Source of the DNA: an uncultured virus (IMG/VR IMGVR_UViG_3300045902_000304)
Lineage: Duplodnaviria; Heunggongvirae; Uroviricota; Caudoviricetes
DNA: 64,000 bases
Strand: one strand, 5' to 3'
Virus record (IMG/VR): IMGVR_UViG_3300045902_000304
The notes below the pieces were generated by a model. The model saw only the letters and a list, made by a program, of their open reading frames with translations, was not told the DNA's origin and ran no database searches. Made by a program: the position numbers and the translations under genes. Shown piece by piece: positions 9,237-17,426 of the stretch; positions within the stretch are counted from its first letter, which is position 1, and each line of letters begins with the position of its first letter.

Positions 9237-9638
9237 TTAAGAATTGGCCGCTGTTGCGCAAATGAACGATTTATGCCTCATGCTCAAATAGCGACAAGAC
9301 ACCTTTGTTAAGTTTTCGATTTTTTTTCCTATAAGCAACATCATTTTTTTTGAAACTCTTTCAAAATAGTTAAACATTTGCGGGGTGTGTGAAGCCTCGC
9401 ATTTGAGTAACACGTTTACCGTGTTATCATAGTCTGGTTCCAAGGACAAATAATACGCAAACACTTCGGGTGTTTGTGCCTTTGTGCAGTTCCTGAGAAG
9501 CCAGCTTACATCATCAACCACATAATTTTGCCGCTCAATTTCTTTAATTGCGTCAAAACGCTGTCCTTCCAGATAGTCATACCTGCCGCAGGGGCGTTCT
9601 GCGAGGTCGGCGAAGGTGATAATTAATTGAGGTTTCAT
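9237..9638 (-). CDS. 29-aa repeat family protein, paralog 3 (chimeric C-terminus)
   Basis: PQLIITFADLAERPCGRYDYL; two repeats; tail copied from the HNH gene end. Confidence 0.8.
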   Translation of the reverse strand: MKPQLIITFADLAERPCGRYDYLEGQRFDAIKEIERQNYVVDDVSWLLRNCTKAQTPEVFAYYLSLEPDYDNTVNVLLKCEASHTPQMFNYFERVSKKMMLLIGKKIENLTKVSCRYLSMRHKSFICATAANS

Positions 9639-10132
9639 TTTTCTATTTTTTTAATGTAATTAATTACCTTATCGTTCTTTGCGGCGACTGGGCATTCATT
9701 TATCAAACGTATTACGTCTTTGTAATACGGTTTTTTTTCTAAATAATACGCAAACATTTCGCGGGTTTGGGCTTTTTTACAGTTGATTATTAACGAGCGT
9801 ATGTTTCGGTAATCCGGATTTTTCGACACATAATACCCAAACATTTCTGGCGTCTGGGCTGCTGGGCAGTTGATTATTAACCAGCTTACGGTACGGTAAT
9901 CTGGGTTTATAGAGATATAATATTGAAAAATTTCGCGGGTTTGCGCCTTGGGGCAGTTGATGAGGAGCCAGTCCATATCCATAAATATCATTTCATTTTT
10001 TTCAATTTCTTTAATTGCGTCAAAACGCTGCCCTTCCAGATAGTCATACCTGCGGCAGGGGCGTTCTGCAAGGTCGGCGAATGTGATAATTAATTGGGGT
10101 TTTTCAATCCGGTTGTTTTCTGTTGTTTCCAT
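9635..10132 (-). CDS. 29-aa repeat family protein, paralog 4
   Basis: PQLIITFADLAERPCRRYDYL; three repeats plus cap. Confidence 0.85.
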   Translation of the reverse strand: METTENNRIEKPQLIITFADLAERPCRRYDYLEGQRFDAIKEIEKNEMIFMDMDWLLINCPKAQTREIFQYYISINPDYRTVSWLIINCPAAQTPEMFGYYVSKNPDYRNIRSLIINCKKAQTREMFAYYLEKKPYYKDVIRLINECPVAAKNDKVINYIKKIEK

Positions 10133-10554
10133 ATTTTTTTTGTGTGATTAAAAAAGCGACAAGACACCTTTGTTAAGTTTTCGATTTTTTTCCTATAAGC
10201 AACATCATAACGGTTATGACAACGCTGACAAAGTGCTTTAAGGTTTGAGAAATCATTGTTTTTGACATCGTGGTCTAAGTGTGCAATAGTTAGAACAATG
10301 ACAATCAATTTATCATCACAACACTCGTTACAATGCTTGACAAGCTCACGAGCTTCTTTATATGAAAGCTCACCATTACCAGCAGAATCATGTGTAATGT
10401 TTCCTCCAGTTGGAATAAATTTTTCACCATTCCAATTACCAACTGAATAATTTTTGACACCGCAAAACTCACAACAATTTTTAGCACGTTCCATTATTGC
10501 AGGGCGTATTTCGGTTTTCCAGTTTGACGGATATTTTTTGTAATCTATTGGCAT
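10090..10554 (-). CDS. HNH endonuclease-like protein
   Basis: CEFCG, VLTIAHLDHD, NLKALCQRCHNRYD. Confidence 0.85.
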   Translation of the reverse strand: MPIDYKKYPSNWKTEIRPAIMERAKNCCEFCGVKNYSVGNWNGEKFIPTGGNITHDSAGNGELSYKEARELVKHCNECCDDKLIVIVLTIAHLDHDVKNNDFSNLKALCQRCHNRYDVAYRKKIENLTKVSCRFFNHTKKIWKQQKTTGLKNPN

Positions 10555-10581
10555 AATATTGAGTTTTAAACAAGCTCGAAG

Positions 10582-10713
10582 GCAGAACAGCAACTACACA
10601 AAATTGGCAGTTTAGTACTAAAATGAACTGTATTGCTTCGGTTTAACATTTGTGTTTATATTAAGTTTTGTGCTTTGTAATAGCCGCTTTCGCCAAGCCC
10701 GAAAACGTTACCT
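10582..10713 (+). repeat. attC-like site (132 bp, hybrid arms)
   Basis: GCAGAACagc ... ttcgccaagcccgaaaacGTTACCT; arms only partly complementary. Confidence 0.65.
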
Positions 10714-10719
10714 GCAAGG

Positions 10720-11094
10720 CTACGACACTGCATATAACGACATTACAATAATAACAATAGCGTGTAATAATTGGTCAAAACCAAAAACAATCCAATGCCA
10801 TTTATTAGCAGGTGATTGTAGTGCAGGAAACCACCCATTCATTCTGCCTTTCCAAACATCAATTAAAAAATGTGTATTCAATTGAAATGCTGATAAATTC
10901 AATACTAATTCTAAATTATTAGTAAAAAACACTAAAAATAAAAACATTAGTATTGTGTGGATTCCAGCGTGTGCAAATATTGGGAATAATGGTTTACCTA
11001 ATCGCTTTGCATTAAGCATCCAAGCAGTTGATAAATGTGTGTAATCTGCTAAAAAATGGCAGATAAATAATCCGATTAAAATTGTTGTTTGCAT
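10720..11094 (-). CDS. DUF3307-like membrane protein (cassette-borne)
   Basis: HFLADY, THFLID, GFDQLLH motifs. Confidence 0.8.
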   Translation of the reverse strand: MQTTILIGLFICHFLADYTHLSTAWMLNAKRLGKPLFPIFAHAGIHTILMFLFLVFFTNNLELVLNLSAFQLNTHFLIDVWKGRMNGWFPALQSPANKWHWIVFGFDQLLHAIVIIVMSLYAVS

Positions 11095-11135
11095 TTATTT
11101 TTCAAATTAAATTTCCTACTGATAATCCGACCAGC

Positions 11136-11227
11136 AGGCAACAGCGATTTGGCAAAAGCTACCAGAAACATTGTGCGAACTTTTAATATCAGTTAGTCCG
11201 CCTTCGCCAAGCTGCAAAACGTTATGC
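11136..11227 (+). repeat. complete attC-like site (92 bp)
   Basis: AGGCAACagcgatttggcaaaag ... ccttcgccaagctgcaaaacGTTATGC. Confidence 0.8.
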
Positions 11228-11228
11228 G

Positions 11229-11432
11229 CTATGCTGTGATAAACGCCAACAACTCAAACCGTTTTATTAGTTCCGACAATATCATATCTGTATCATCTAT
11301 TCTTGGAGGCACTGTCATTGTGAAACTTCTACCACCAGTTGAGCATAATTTACTAAGTGCTGATTTTGCCATTTCTGCAAGTTGTTGGTCAGGAATAGCT
11401 GCTAATTTTGCTTTAAATTCTTCGTTTGTCAT
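11229..11432 (-). CDS. small hypothetical protein
   Basis: 67 aa; same leader and MTNEE start as 8005-8232. Confidence 0.7.
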   Translation of the reverse strand: MTNEEFKAKLAAIPDQQLAEMAKSALSKLCSTGGRSFTMTVPPRIDDTDMILSELIKRFELLAFITA

Positions 11433-11568
11433 TTTATATGTTTATTAAAATTTTGCTTTTCAAAGTCGGCACTAAATATAGCCTATAACCGTTATTGCCA
11501 AAAGCGGGGGCTGACTTTCCACTAATAGGCAATTCCACTACATTCGCCAAGCCCGAAAAACGTTAGCT
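11419..11568 (+). repeat. tandem attC-like remnants (copy of 8219-8294 right arm, then truncated site ending GTTAGCT)
   Basis: GTT cores at 11491 and 11562; ttcgccaagcccgaaaaacgttag arm. Confidence 0.7.
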
Positions 11569-11622
11569 GCAAGCGTAGGACACTGCTCCGAATGAACAGC
11601 ATCCTACACAAGCCGAAAAAGG

Positions 11623-11925
11623 CTAAACTATTTTTCTCAAGTGCCTTAAATTCCCTTCTGCCTTTTCATTAAGTTCATTTAATCTGTCAAGCAAAAGATT
11701 GATTTCTTCCGTTATACTTTCGGGCTGCTTATCTTTTACAGATTCTTTTAACGTTGAAGGTTTATCATAACTTTTAATCGCTTGCAGTTTTTCTTTTGTT
11801 TCGCATACAATACTATCATAGCGATTCACTGCACTTTCTAACTTCCCGATAATTAAGCTAAATTCAGGTTGATGAATTGTAGTAGGCTCATCGTAGCCTG
11901 TTACTTGGATTTTTTCTCCGTACAT
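11623..11925 (-). CDS. hypothetical protein
   Basis: 100 aa, between attC-like sites. Confidence 0.7.
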   Translation of the reverse strand: MYGEKIQVTGYDEPTTIHQPEFSLIIGKLESAVNRYDSIVCETKEKLQAIKSYDKPSTLKESVKDKQPESITEEINLLLDRLNELNEKAEGNLRHLRKIV

Positions 11926-11951
11926 AATTTTTGTTGTTTAAAAACGCCAGC

Positions 11952-12037
11952 CTCAAACAAATTATTGCCAAAAGTGGGGGCTGACTTTCCACTAATAGGC
12001 AATTGCAATACTTTCGGCAAGCTCTAACCAATTACCT
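11952..12037 (+). repeat. degenerate attC-like site
   Basis: attgccaaaagt ... actttcggcaag stem; ~43 bp shared with 11492-11534; radical SAM stop falls in the degenerate core. Confidence 0.55.
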
Positions 12038-12937
12038 GCAACCTTTACCATTCTGCTCCGTTGCACAGCCCCTGCTGCTGAAATATTCCAATAAGGTACA
12101 ATCGGCAAATGATTTTCTAATAGCACTTCTGCTTGTTGGTGCATATTCCTGTTTGACAGCATCAATATACATAGTGAAGCAAAAATCATCGCCCATGTAA
12201 AATCTTTCCCACCCTTCTTCCGTAAATAACCGTTTGACATTAAGCTGCTCTATCGCAAGATTATCAAAGGATAGTGTGCATTTGCCTATTAATTTGGGCA
12301 ACTGTTTATACCATTGCTTTAACTCAGTATCAACTTTCTTGCTATGGTAATTAACGCCAAATCCAAAGTATTTATAGCCCAATACAAGCACTTTGCAATT
12401 GCCTAACTTAATCAATTTATCAATCACTTCAACTTTATTTACCCCCGCAATTAGATGATAAACAATATTGTTAGTAATTAGCAAAAGCGGCTTGATGTAT
12501 TTGAAATTATTGCTTGTAATGGAAATCCCAACACCCCTAACAAGTTCATCTTTTATCAAGTATGTAAGTAGGTCTTGATAGGCTTTTAAATGGCCTTGAT
12601 TAACTGTAATATTTGCAATAATTCCCCGTGCTTTCAATACCTGTAAAAAATCTACAAGTTTTGGATGCGATAATGGATTCCCTCCGCCAATAGCAAGCTC
12701 AACCCCGGCAGGCAATTCTGAAATAACATCAAGCAGTTTATCCAAGTCTGCGTGAATACCTTTTGTAGTTGAACTTTCGTGGCAATAAGCACAACCCATA
12801 TCACAGTAGTCTGTAATTTTTACATCAATGCTTTCAGGGTGCGTAATTTCAGGGTCATTTTCATACTCCCTAATTTTAGTACCATCATGCAATATTGTAA
12901 CGGTTGTGTTCCCGTTAGTATACTTCGCTATTACCAT
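12032..12937 (-). CDS. radical SAM protein
   Basis: CDMGCAYCHE (CxxxCxxC) and AIGGGNP. Confidence 0.9.
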   Translation of the reverse strand: MVIAKYTNGNTTVTILHDGTKIREYENDPEITHPESIDVKITDYCDMGCAYCHESSTTKGIHADLDKLLDVISELPAGVELAIGGGNPLSHPKLVDFLQVLKARGIIANITVNQGHLKAYQDLLTYLIKDELVRGVGISITSNNFKYIKPLLLITNNIVYHLIAGVNKVEVIDKLIKLGNCKVLVLGYKYFGFGVNYHSKKVDTELKQWYKQLPKLIGKCTLSFDNLAIEQLNVKRLFTEEGWERFYMGDDFCFTMYIDAVKQEYAPTSRSAIRKSFADCTLLEYFSSRGCATEQNGKGCR

Positions 12938-13467
12938 TAGTTCCCTTTCAAATATTTGTCGTGAGGATAAGAAACTTTTATTTTAAGTTTTTCAATACTT
13001 TCATCATCTTCATCATTGCCGGTGATGACAAAGCTTAGCGGCGAAAATAAGTATCTCATTAGCTTTTCGGGGTCTTTGCAAATTGCATCTAAAAATGGTT
13101 TCATTTCATCGGCATGGTCAACATAGCCACCATTTACACGTTCTGTATATGTAACTACTTTGCCATCTGATTCAGTATATCTGTGAACCTCGTAAATTGG
13201 TTTTTCGGCTGTAACTTTAATCCCTTTCTGGTTCAAAATAGAAATGATTTTATTGACATCTTTTTGTCGGTTGGTGTCAATAAGCCCGGTATAAATGTAG
13301 CTTGCCTTTTGCTCTGTTGAACGCAAGGTATTATGCTGCCACGCAAATTCCCCAAATTTAAAATGAAGGGATTGTGGAATTATTAAATCTGCATCTTTAG
13401 CTATGCAAATACTGTGAGTGCTTGAACTGTTTGTTTCAAACACGCCTTGTCTGATTTGTTTTTTCAT
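12937..13467 (-). CDS. hypothetical phage protein with GVFETNSSSTH motif
   Basis: MKKQIRQGVFETNSSSTHS; stop overlaps the radical SAM start. Confidence 0.8.
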   Translation of the reverse strand: MKKQIRQGVFETNSSSTHSICIAKDADLIIPQSLHFKFGEFAWQHNTLRSTEQKASYIYTGLIDTNRQKDVNKIISILNQKGIKVTAEKPIYEVHRYTESDGKVVTYTERVNGGYVDHADEMKPFLDAICKDPEKLMRYLFSPLSFVITGNDEDDESIEKLKIKVSYPHDKYLKGN

Positions 13468-13471
13468 AATG

Positions 13472-13807
13472 CTAATTATTAACAAAATCTATCAGCGCTG
13501 CCTCCTGAAATGCTTGATAGTTCCTATAACCCTCTACTTTTTCTAAACCCAACCCAGCCAACTGTATAACCCGTATATCGGCCAATGGGTGCATTGCTCT
13601 CAACATATCTTTTGCAACATGGCAATTGTCTGTATCAAGCAGGATAAACTTATGCTCAGGATGCAGCTCCCTAATATCTTTGTACTTTCGGCTTATAGCC
13701 AAGTGAACATCTAAGCTCTCTTTCAACCTGCACAAAATCTCTATATCCCCAAATTTGCCTGTTAAAATAGCTACCTTACCAGTGCCTATGAACTCATACC
13801 CTTGCAT
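13472..13807 (-). CDS. hypothetical protein
   Basis: 111-aa ORF in operon orientation. Confidence 0.65.
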   Translation of the reverse strand: MQGYEFIGTGKVAILTGKFGDIEILCRLKESLDVHLAISRKYKDIRELHPEHKFILLDTDNCHVAKDMLRAMHPLADIRVIQLAGLGLEKVEGYRNYQAFQEAALIDFVNN

Positions 13808-13866
13808 ATTTTTACCCTTTAATGATTTGTGTATATTTGCCTATGCGAATATTCGCATTTTTGCAC

Positions 13867-14277
13867 CTAATTTAACACCCTTACAACCACACTATCAAAC
13901 GCCAATTTTTCGCCTGGCGCAAGCATGAAATCCAATTTTTTACGCCACCTTTTGTTCATCCTATCTGCAACATGCCACTCACCAGCCAACTCTTGTGGAT
14001 AAAGCACCTCTATTTTACGGCCTATAAGGCTATCCAAATCACGGCTAACCGCTACTATCTTTGGCGGGAATAATGTGTCTATAAACAGCCCGGTCGCTGT
14101 AATGTGCGGAGTGTTGCCGCATTGCTTGCTTGTTGGATGATAGTACGAACTATTGTATTTAACCGCATCTGCCTCCAAAGTGTCTATCGGTGCAGGGAAA
14201 TGAAACTCCTGCCTGTATGGGTCGCCTATCGAAATTTTTATCAGCAATAGCGCCGATAGTATTAGTAACTGCTTCAT
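13867..14277 (-). CDS. 3D/RlpA-like domain protein with signal peptide
   Basis: QCGNTPHITATG, VAVSRDL, VADRMNKRW, KLDF. Confidence 0.75.
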   Translation of the reverse strand: MKQLLILSALLLIKISIGDPYRQEFHFPAPIDTLEADAVKYNSSYYHPTSKQCGNTPHITATGLFIDTLFPPKIVAVSRDLDSLIGRKIEVLYPQELAGEWHVADRMNKRWRKKLDFMLAPGEKLAFDSVVVRVLN

Positions 14278-14444
14278 ATCGTTCTATTTTCTATATACAT
14301 GTTCAAAATATACGAACACGCAAGTGCCGCAACGCCGTGAAGTGCCATATATTTTTCGTCAAAAATAATGCACACACTAACTATCACCGTAAGTGCTATT
14401 ATCAGCACAAAGGTGATGTCGCTAATTGTTTTCCTCCAGTTCAT
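14274..14444 (-). CDS. small membrane protein (56 aa)
   Basis: Manual translation MNWRKTISDITFVLIIALTVIVSVCIIFDEKY...; ATGA overlap with the next gene. Confidence 0.6.
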   Translation of the reverse strand: MNWRKTISDITFVLIIALTVIVSVCIIFDEKYMALHGVAALACSYILNMYIENRTI

Positions 14445-14631
14445 AGTTATCTTTGGTTTTTATTGTTTCAACTTCTACCTCGCCAATGTAATACACTGTC
14501 TTATGATAGCGCCCCTTTATCTCAGTAACGGTATGCGAAAGGCCATCTTCACGGTGCCTCTTCATAGCCGCTTGCTTTGCAGCCTCAAAGCCTAAGTAGA
14601 GCTTACCTTGTTCATTATCTATGTAAAACAT
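14422..14631 (-). CDS. hypothetical protein
   Basis: MFYIDNEQG...; minus-strand TAAATTTG promoter-like box upstream. Confidence 0.55.
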   Translation of the reverse strand: MFYIDNEQGKLYLGFEAAKQAAMKRHREDGLSHTVTEIKGRYHKTVYYIGEVEVETIKTKDNYELEENN

Positions 14632-14725
14632 GATGCAAAAATGTTTAATATTCAATTATCTGTATGCAAATTTAGACTAATGCGCTTAATATGTCGGTGA
14701 AACAATTAAATCAGCCTACAAAAAG

Positions 14726-14754
14726 AAAAAGCCTGCACAACGTACAAGCTTTTT
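14726..14754. terminator. putative intrinsic terminator
   Basis: aaaaagcctgcac-aac-gtacaagcttttt imperfect stem with A/T tracts, downstream of RHH gene. Confidence 0.5.
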
Positions 14755-14784
14755 ACCTTTTCACACCTTAACACTTAAACAAAA

Positions 14785-14928
14785 CTACTGTCTATCTGCC
14801 CAATGCTCAATAATTGCGGCAAGTAGGGCATTAATACTTATGCCTCTTTTTGCTGCTCTCTCTTGCAGCTTCTTAATCCGGCCTATCCCCTTAATATACA
14901 CCTTAAAAGGACTCTTTTGATTATCCAT
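14785..14928 (-). CDS. ribbon-helix-helix (Arc-like) DNA-binding protein
   Basis: Manual translation MDNQKSPFKVYIKGIGRIKKLQERAAKRGISINALLAAIIEHWADRQ*. Confidence 0.6.
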   Translation of the reverse strand: MDNQKSPFKVYIKGIGRIKKLQERAAKRGISINALLAAIIEHWADRQ

Positions 14929-14961
14929 TCTGTTCTTGGTTTATACTGACTTCTCCCACCG

Positions 14962-16125
14962 CTAAAGCGTGTGGGGTTCTTGATTCAACGAAAACCGCCT
15001 ATCAACGATGACAGGACTTACATTTTCTCCAACAAGTATAGAGGCGAAGCCCTCACCCCTGTTTTTTATATTGATGGCTGCATTGCCATCCCGATTATGT
15101 TTTGTTCTGCATACCGAACAAGTCCATTCACGAACACTTAAATCCATATCATCATTGACATTACCACAAACATTACAAATTTTGCTGGTATTTCTCGGAC
15201 TGACTTCAATATATTGTCTGCCATACCACTGGGACTTATACCGAAGCATATTTTTAAACATCCCCCATCCAGCATCGTTTATGCTTTTTGCAAGTTTGTG
15301 GTTTTTTACCATTCCTCTTATGTTCAGATTCTCCAAACTTACAGATTGGTTCTCTCGTATAAGTTTTGTGGAGAGTTTATGCAGAAAATCTTTACGCTGT
15401 TCACTTACTTTTTTATGTGCTTTGGCTAATTGTTTAACTGCTTTCTTACGATTGTTGCTTCCTTTCTTTTTACGGCTAACAACTCTTTGCAGTTGCTTTA
15501 ATTTTTTCTCTGTCTTGCGAAGATATTTCGGTGCATCAAAATATTCTCCATCACTTGTTACTAAAAAATTTGTTAATCCTAAATCAATGCCGATTTTATT
15601 TTTACTTTCTGCAAGTGGTTGTTTGCTAACATTTCCTGTTATACTGACATACCATCCGTCTGCCTCTTTGATAATAGTTGCAGTTTTTATGGTCATATTC
15701 TCATTGTATCGGTCTTTGAAAAATCTAACTTTGCCGATTTTAGGAAAGGAGAAACGAAGTGTATTAGGATGGAGTTTAACACCTTGCTTAAAAGTGAACG
15801 ATTTATATTTGTTTTTCTTTGCCCATTTCGGGTATTTTGCTCTGTGCTTAAAAAAGTTATCATACGACCTTTCAAGACGGTCTAAAACATTTTGCAGAAC
15901 TTGGCTGTGTGGAGCATTAAGCCATTCAGATTCTTTTTTTGCTTCGGTTAATTGCTTCATCAATTCATTCTTGCTAATTCCTTTTTGTCGTTTGCGGTAT
16001 GTATCTTTTTTTATGTCCATTCCCATATTGTACAGAAAACGACAAGTACCAAGCCATTGCTCAAATAACCTTGCTTGCTCTTTGTTTGGTTTGAGTTTGT
16101 ATTTATATGTTATATTTGTTAGCAT
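14962..16125 (-). CDS. tnpB: RNA-guided endonuclease TnpB
   Basis: GIDLGL, LENLNI, CNVC/CSVC zinc finger, RDGNAAINI; RuvC D-E-D intact. Confidence 0.95.
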   Translation of the reverse strand: MLTNITYKYKLKPNKEQARLFEQWLGTCRFLYNMGMDIKKDTYRKRQKGISKNELMKQLTEAKKESEWLNAPHSQVLQNVLDRLERSYDNFFKHRAKYPKWAKKNKYKSFTFKQGVKLHPNTLRFSFPKIGKVRFFKDRYNENMTIKTATIIKEADGWYVSITGNVSKQPLAESKNKIGIDLGLTNFLVTSDGEYFDAPKYLRKTEKKLKQLQRVVSRKKKGSNNRKKAVKQLAKAHKKVSEQRKDFLHKLSTKLIRENQSVSLENLNIRGMVKNHKLAKSINDAGWGMFKNMLRYKSQWYGRQYIEVSPRNTSKICNVCGNVNDDMDLSVREWTCSVCRTKHNRDGNAAINIKNRGEGFASILVGENVSPVIVDRRFSLNQEPHTL

Positions 16126-16165
16126 ATATTTATGCCACAAATATACTACTTATTATGATATGTTG

Positions 16166-16173
16166 TATATTTG
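16166..16173 (+). promoter_or_regulatory. Bacteroidota-type -7 promoter box for tnpA
   Basis: TATATTTG (TAnnTTTG); a mirror box on the minus strand near 16138-16145 would serve tnpB. Confidence 0.6.
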
Positions 16174-16188
16174 CAAAAAAATATTTTT

Positions 16189-16584
16189 ATGGACAGATGG
16201 AAACAGAGCAATACCTGTGTGTTTAATACTTCCTATCATTTTATATGGTGTCCTAAATATCGCAGAAAAGTCCTTGTTGGGAAAATTGAAAAGCGGTGCA
16301 AAGAACTTATTAAACACAAAGCCAAAGAACTTAATATTGAGATTGGCAAAATGGAAATTATGCCAGACCATGTTCATTTATTTATTAAAGCAAGACCTGT
16401 TCATAGCCCACAATATTTGGTTTCTCAATTTAAAGGTTTTACTTCTCACGAACTACGAAAAGAATTTCCTGAACTTAAAAGAAAATTGCCTACACTCTGG
16501 ACAAGAAGTTATTATGTTGAAACTATCGGACATATATCAGAAGAAACTATAAAAAAATATATTGAAGAACAAAAAAATAAATAG
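16189..16584 (+). CDS. tnpA: IS200-type Y1 transposase
   Basis: YHFIWCPKYRRK, PDHVHLF (HUH), LWTRSYY, KYIEEQ. Confidence 0.95.
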   Translation: MDRWKQSNTCVFNTSYHFIWCPKYRRKVLVGKIEKRCKELIKHKAKELNIEIGKMEIMPDHVHLFIKARPVHSPQYLVSQFKGFTSHELRKEFPELKRKLPTLWTRSYYVETIGHISEETIKKYIEEQKNK

Positions 16585-16796
16585 GCGCAATTCATCCCAC
16601 TCATAAATGAGGTGGGCTTTCTTGTGTCTCTTTCGTAGTAGCCCAAATGATAGCTTCCTCTGTCAAAATTGACTACATCCGGCAATCCATACATGACTGC
16701 ATAATTTTTAGCCTGTGCTTTCGTTAGCTTACGCAAAACAAATTTGCACTTTGAAATCTGCATTTCAAAAAGATATTCATTAACTGGTAGTATCAT
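16512..16796 (-). CDS. hypothetical protein with C-terminus replaced by IS left end
   Basis: Tail ERDTRKPTSF... is translated IS end; same string appears in ORF 35754-35939. Confidence 0.55.
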   Translation of the reverse strand: MILPVNEYLFEMQISKCKFVLRKLTKAQAKNYAVMYGLPDVVNFDRGSYHLGYYERDTRKPTSFMSGMNCAYLFFCSSIYFFIVSSDICPIVST

Positions 16797-17038
16797 CTTT
16801 GGTCTGCGCTTTTAGTTCCAATCAATTCTGTATCGCCGTGTGCCATGCCCACATAAAACCGTATGTTATCCAACACTTCCGCTATTTCCCTTAACTGCGC
16901 CGCCGTATATTCAACACCTTGGCGGGCTATAAAACTTATAGGCGCATACATATAGTCTATATGCCCCAAAATTACCTTCTTGTCTGCTGACTTGACCAAC
17001 AGACCATTGTGAATGTCCCACAAAAATAAATTGCTCAT
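16793..17038 (-). CDS. hypothetical protein
   Basis: 81-aa ORF with coupled stop/start. Confidence 0.65.
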   Translation of the reverse strand: MSNLFLWDIHNGLLVKSADKKVILGHIDYMYAPISFIARQGVEYTAAQLREIAEVLDNIRFYVGMAHGDTELIGTKSADQR

Positions 17039-17058
17039 ATTAACTTTGTTTTAATGTG

Positions 17059-17415
17059 TTACAAACTGAAATTTAAACGTGCAAACTCGCAATACTTTAT
17101 TAGCCAGTTTACATTTATATCATCCGGTTTCAAACTCCTATAATACTCCAACATCTCCGGCGTTTGTGCAAACTCACAATCCCTTATCAACCAGCTTACA
17201 TTTTCGTAATCCGGGTTCAAACTCTTGTAATACTCCAGCATCTCCGGCGTTTGGGCAGTCTTGCAATACCTAATGAGCCAGTTTACATCATTATACTTGT
17301 TACCCCTCTTTTCTATCTCTTTAATTGCATCAAATTCCTTCGGCAAGTCGGAATACCTTTCACAAGGGGTGTCCAGTAAGTCGCTTTCTCTAATTATCAA
17401 TCTCGGCTTGCTCAT
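17059..17415 (-). CDS. 29-aa repeat family protein, paralog 5
   Basis: MSKPRLIIRESDLLDTPCERY; two repeats plus cap. Confidence 0.9.
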   Translation of the reverse strand: MSKPRLIIRESDLLDTPCERYSDLPKEFDAIKEIEKRGNKYNDVNWLIRYCKTAQTPEMLEYYKSLNPDYENVSWLIRDCEFAQTPEMLEYYRSLKPDDINVNWLIKYCEFARLNFSL

Positions 17416-17426
17416 GATTATATTGT

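Larger units (their letters stand above)
14946..16634 (-). mobile_element. IS200/IS605-family element (divergent tnpA + tnpB)
   Basis: Left-end hairpin cccactcataaatgaggtggg with AAAG guide, preceded by CTAC. Right-end hairpin cccaccgctaaagcgtgtggg with GAAC guide, ending TCAG. Confidence 0.9.

Noticed and set aside
8166..12037. CRISPR array or plain terminators as explanation for the intergenic hairpins
   Set aside because: Elements are 90-130 bp, imperfect, separated by whole genes, lack U-tracts and have AAC/GTT cores.
14962..16125. Cas12f/type V effector call for the TnpBs
   Set aside because: Both are bounded by IS200/IS605 ends and have no adjacent CRISPR array.
15008..16552. 514-aa plus-strand ORF
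   Set aside because: Antisense to tnpB and out of frame with tnpA; no protein-like motifs.
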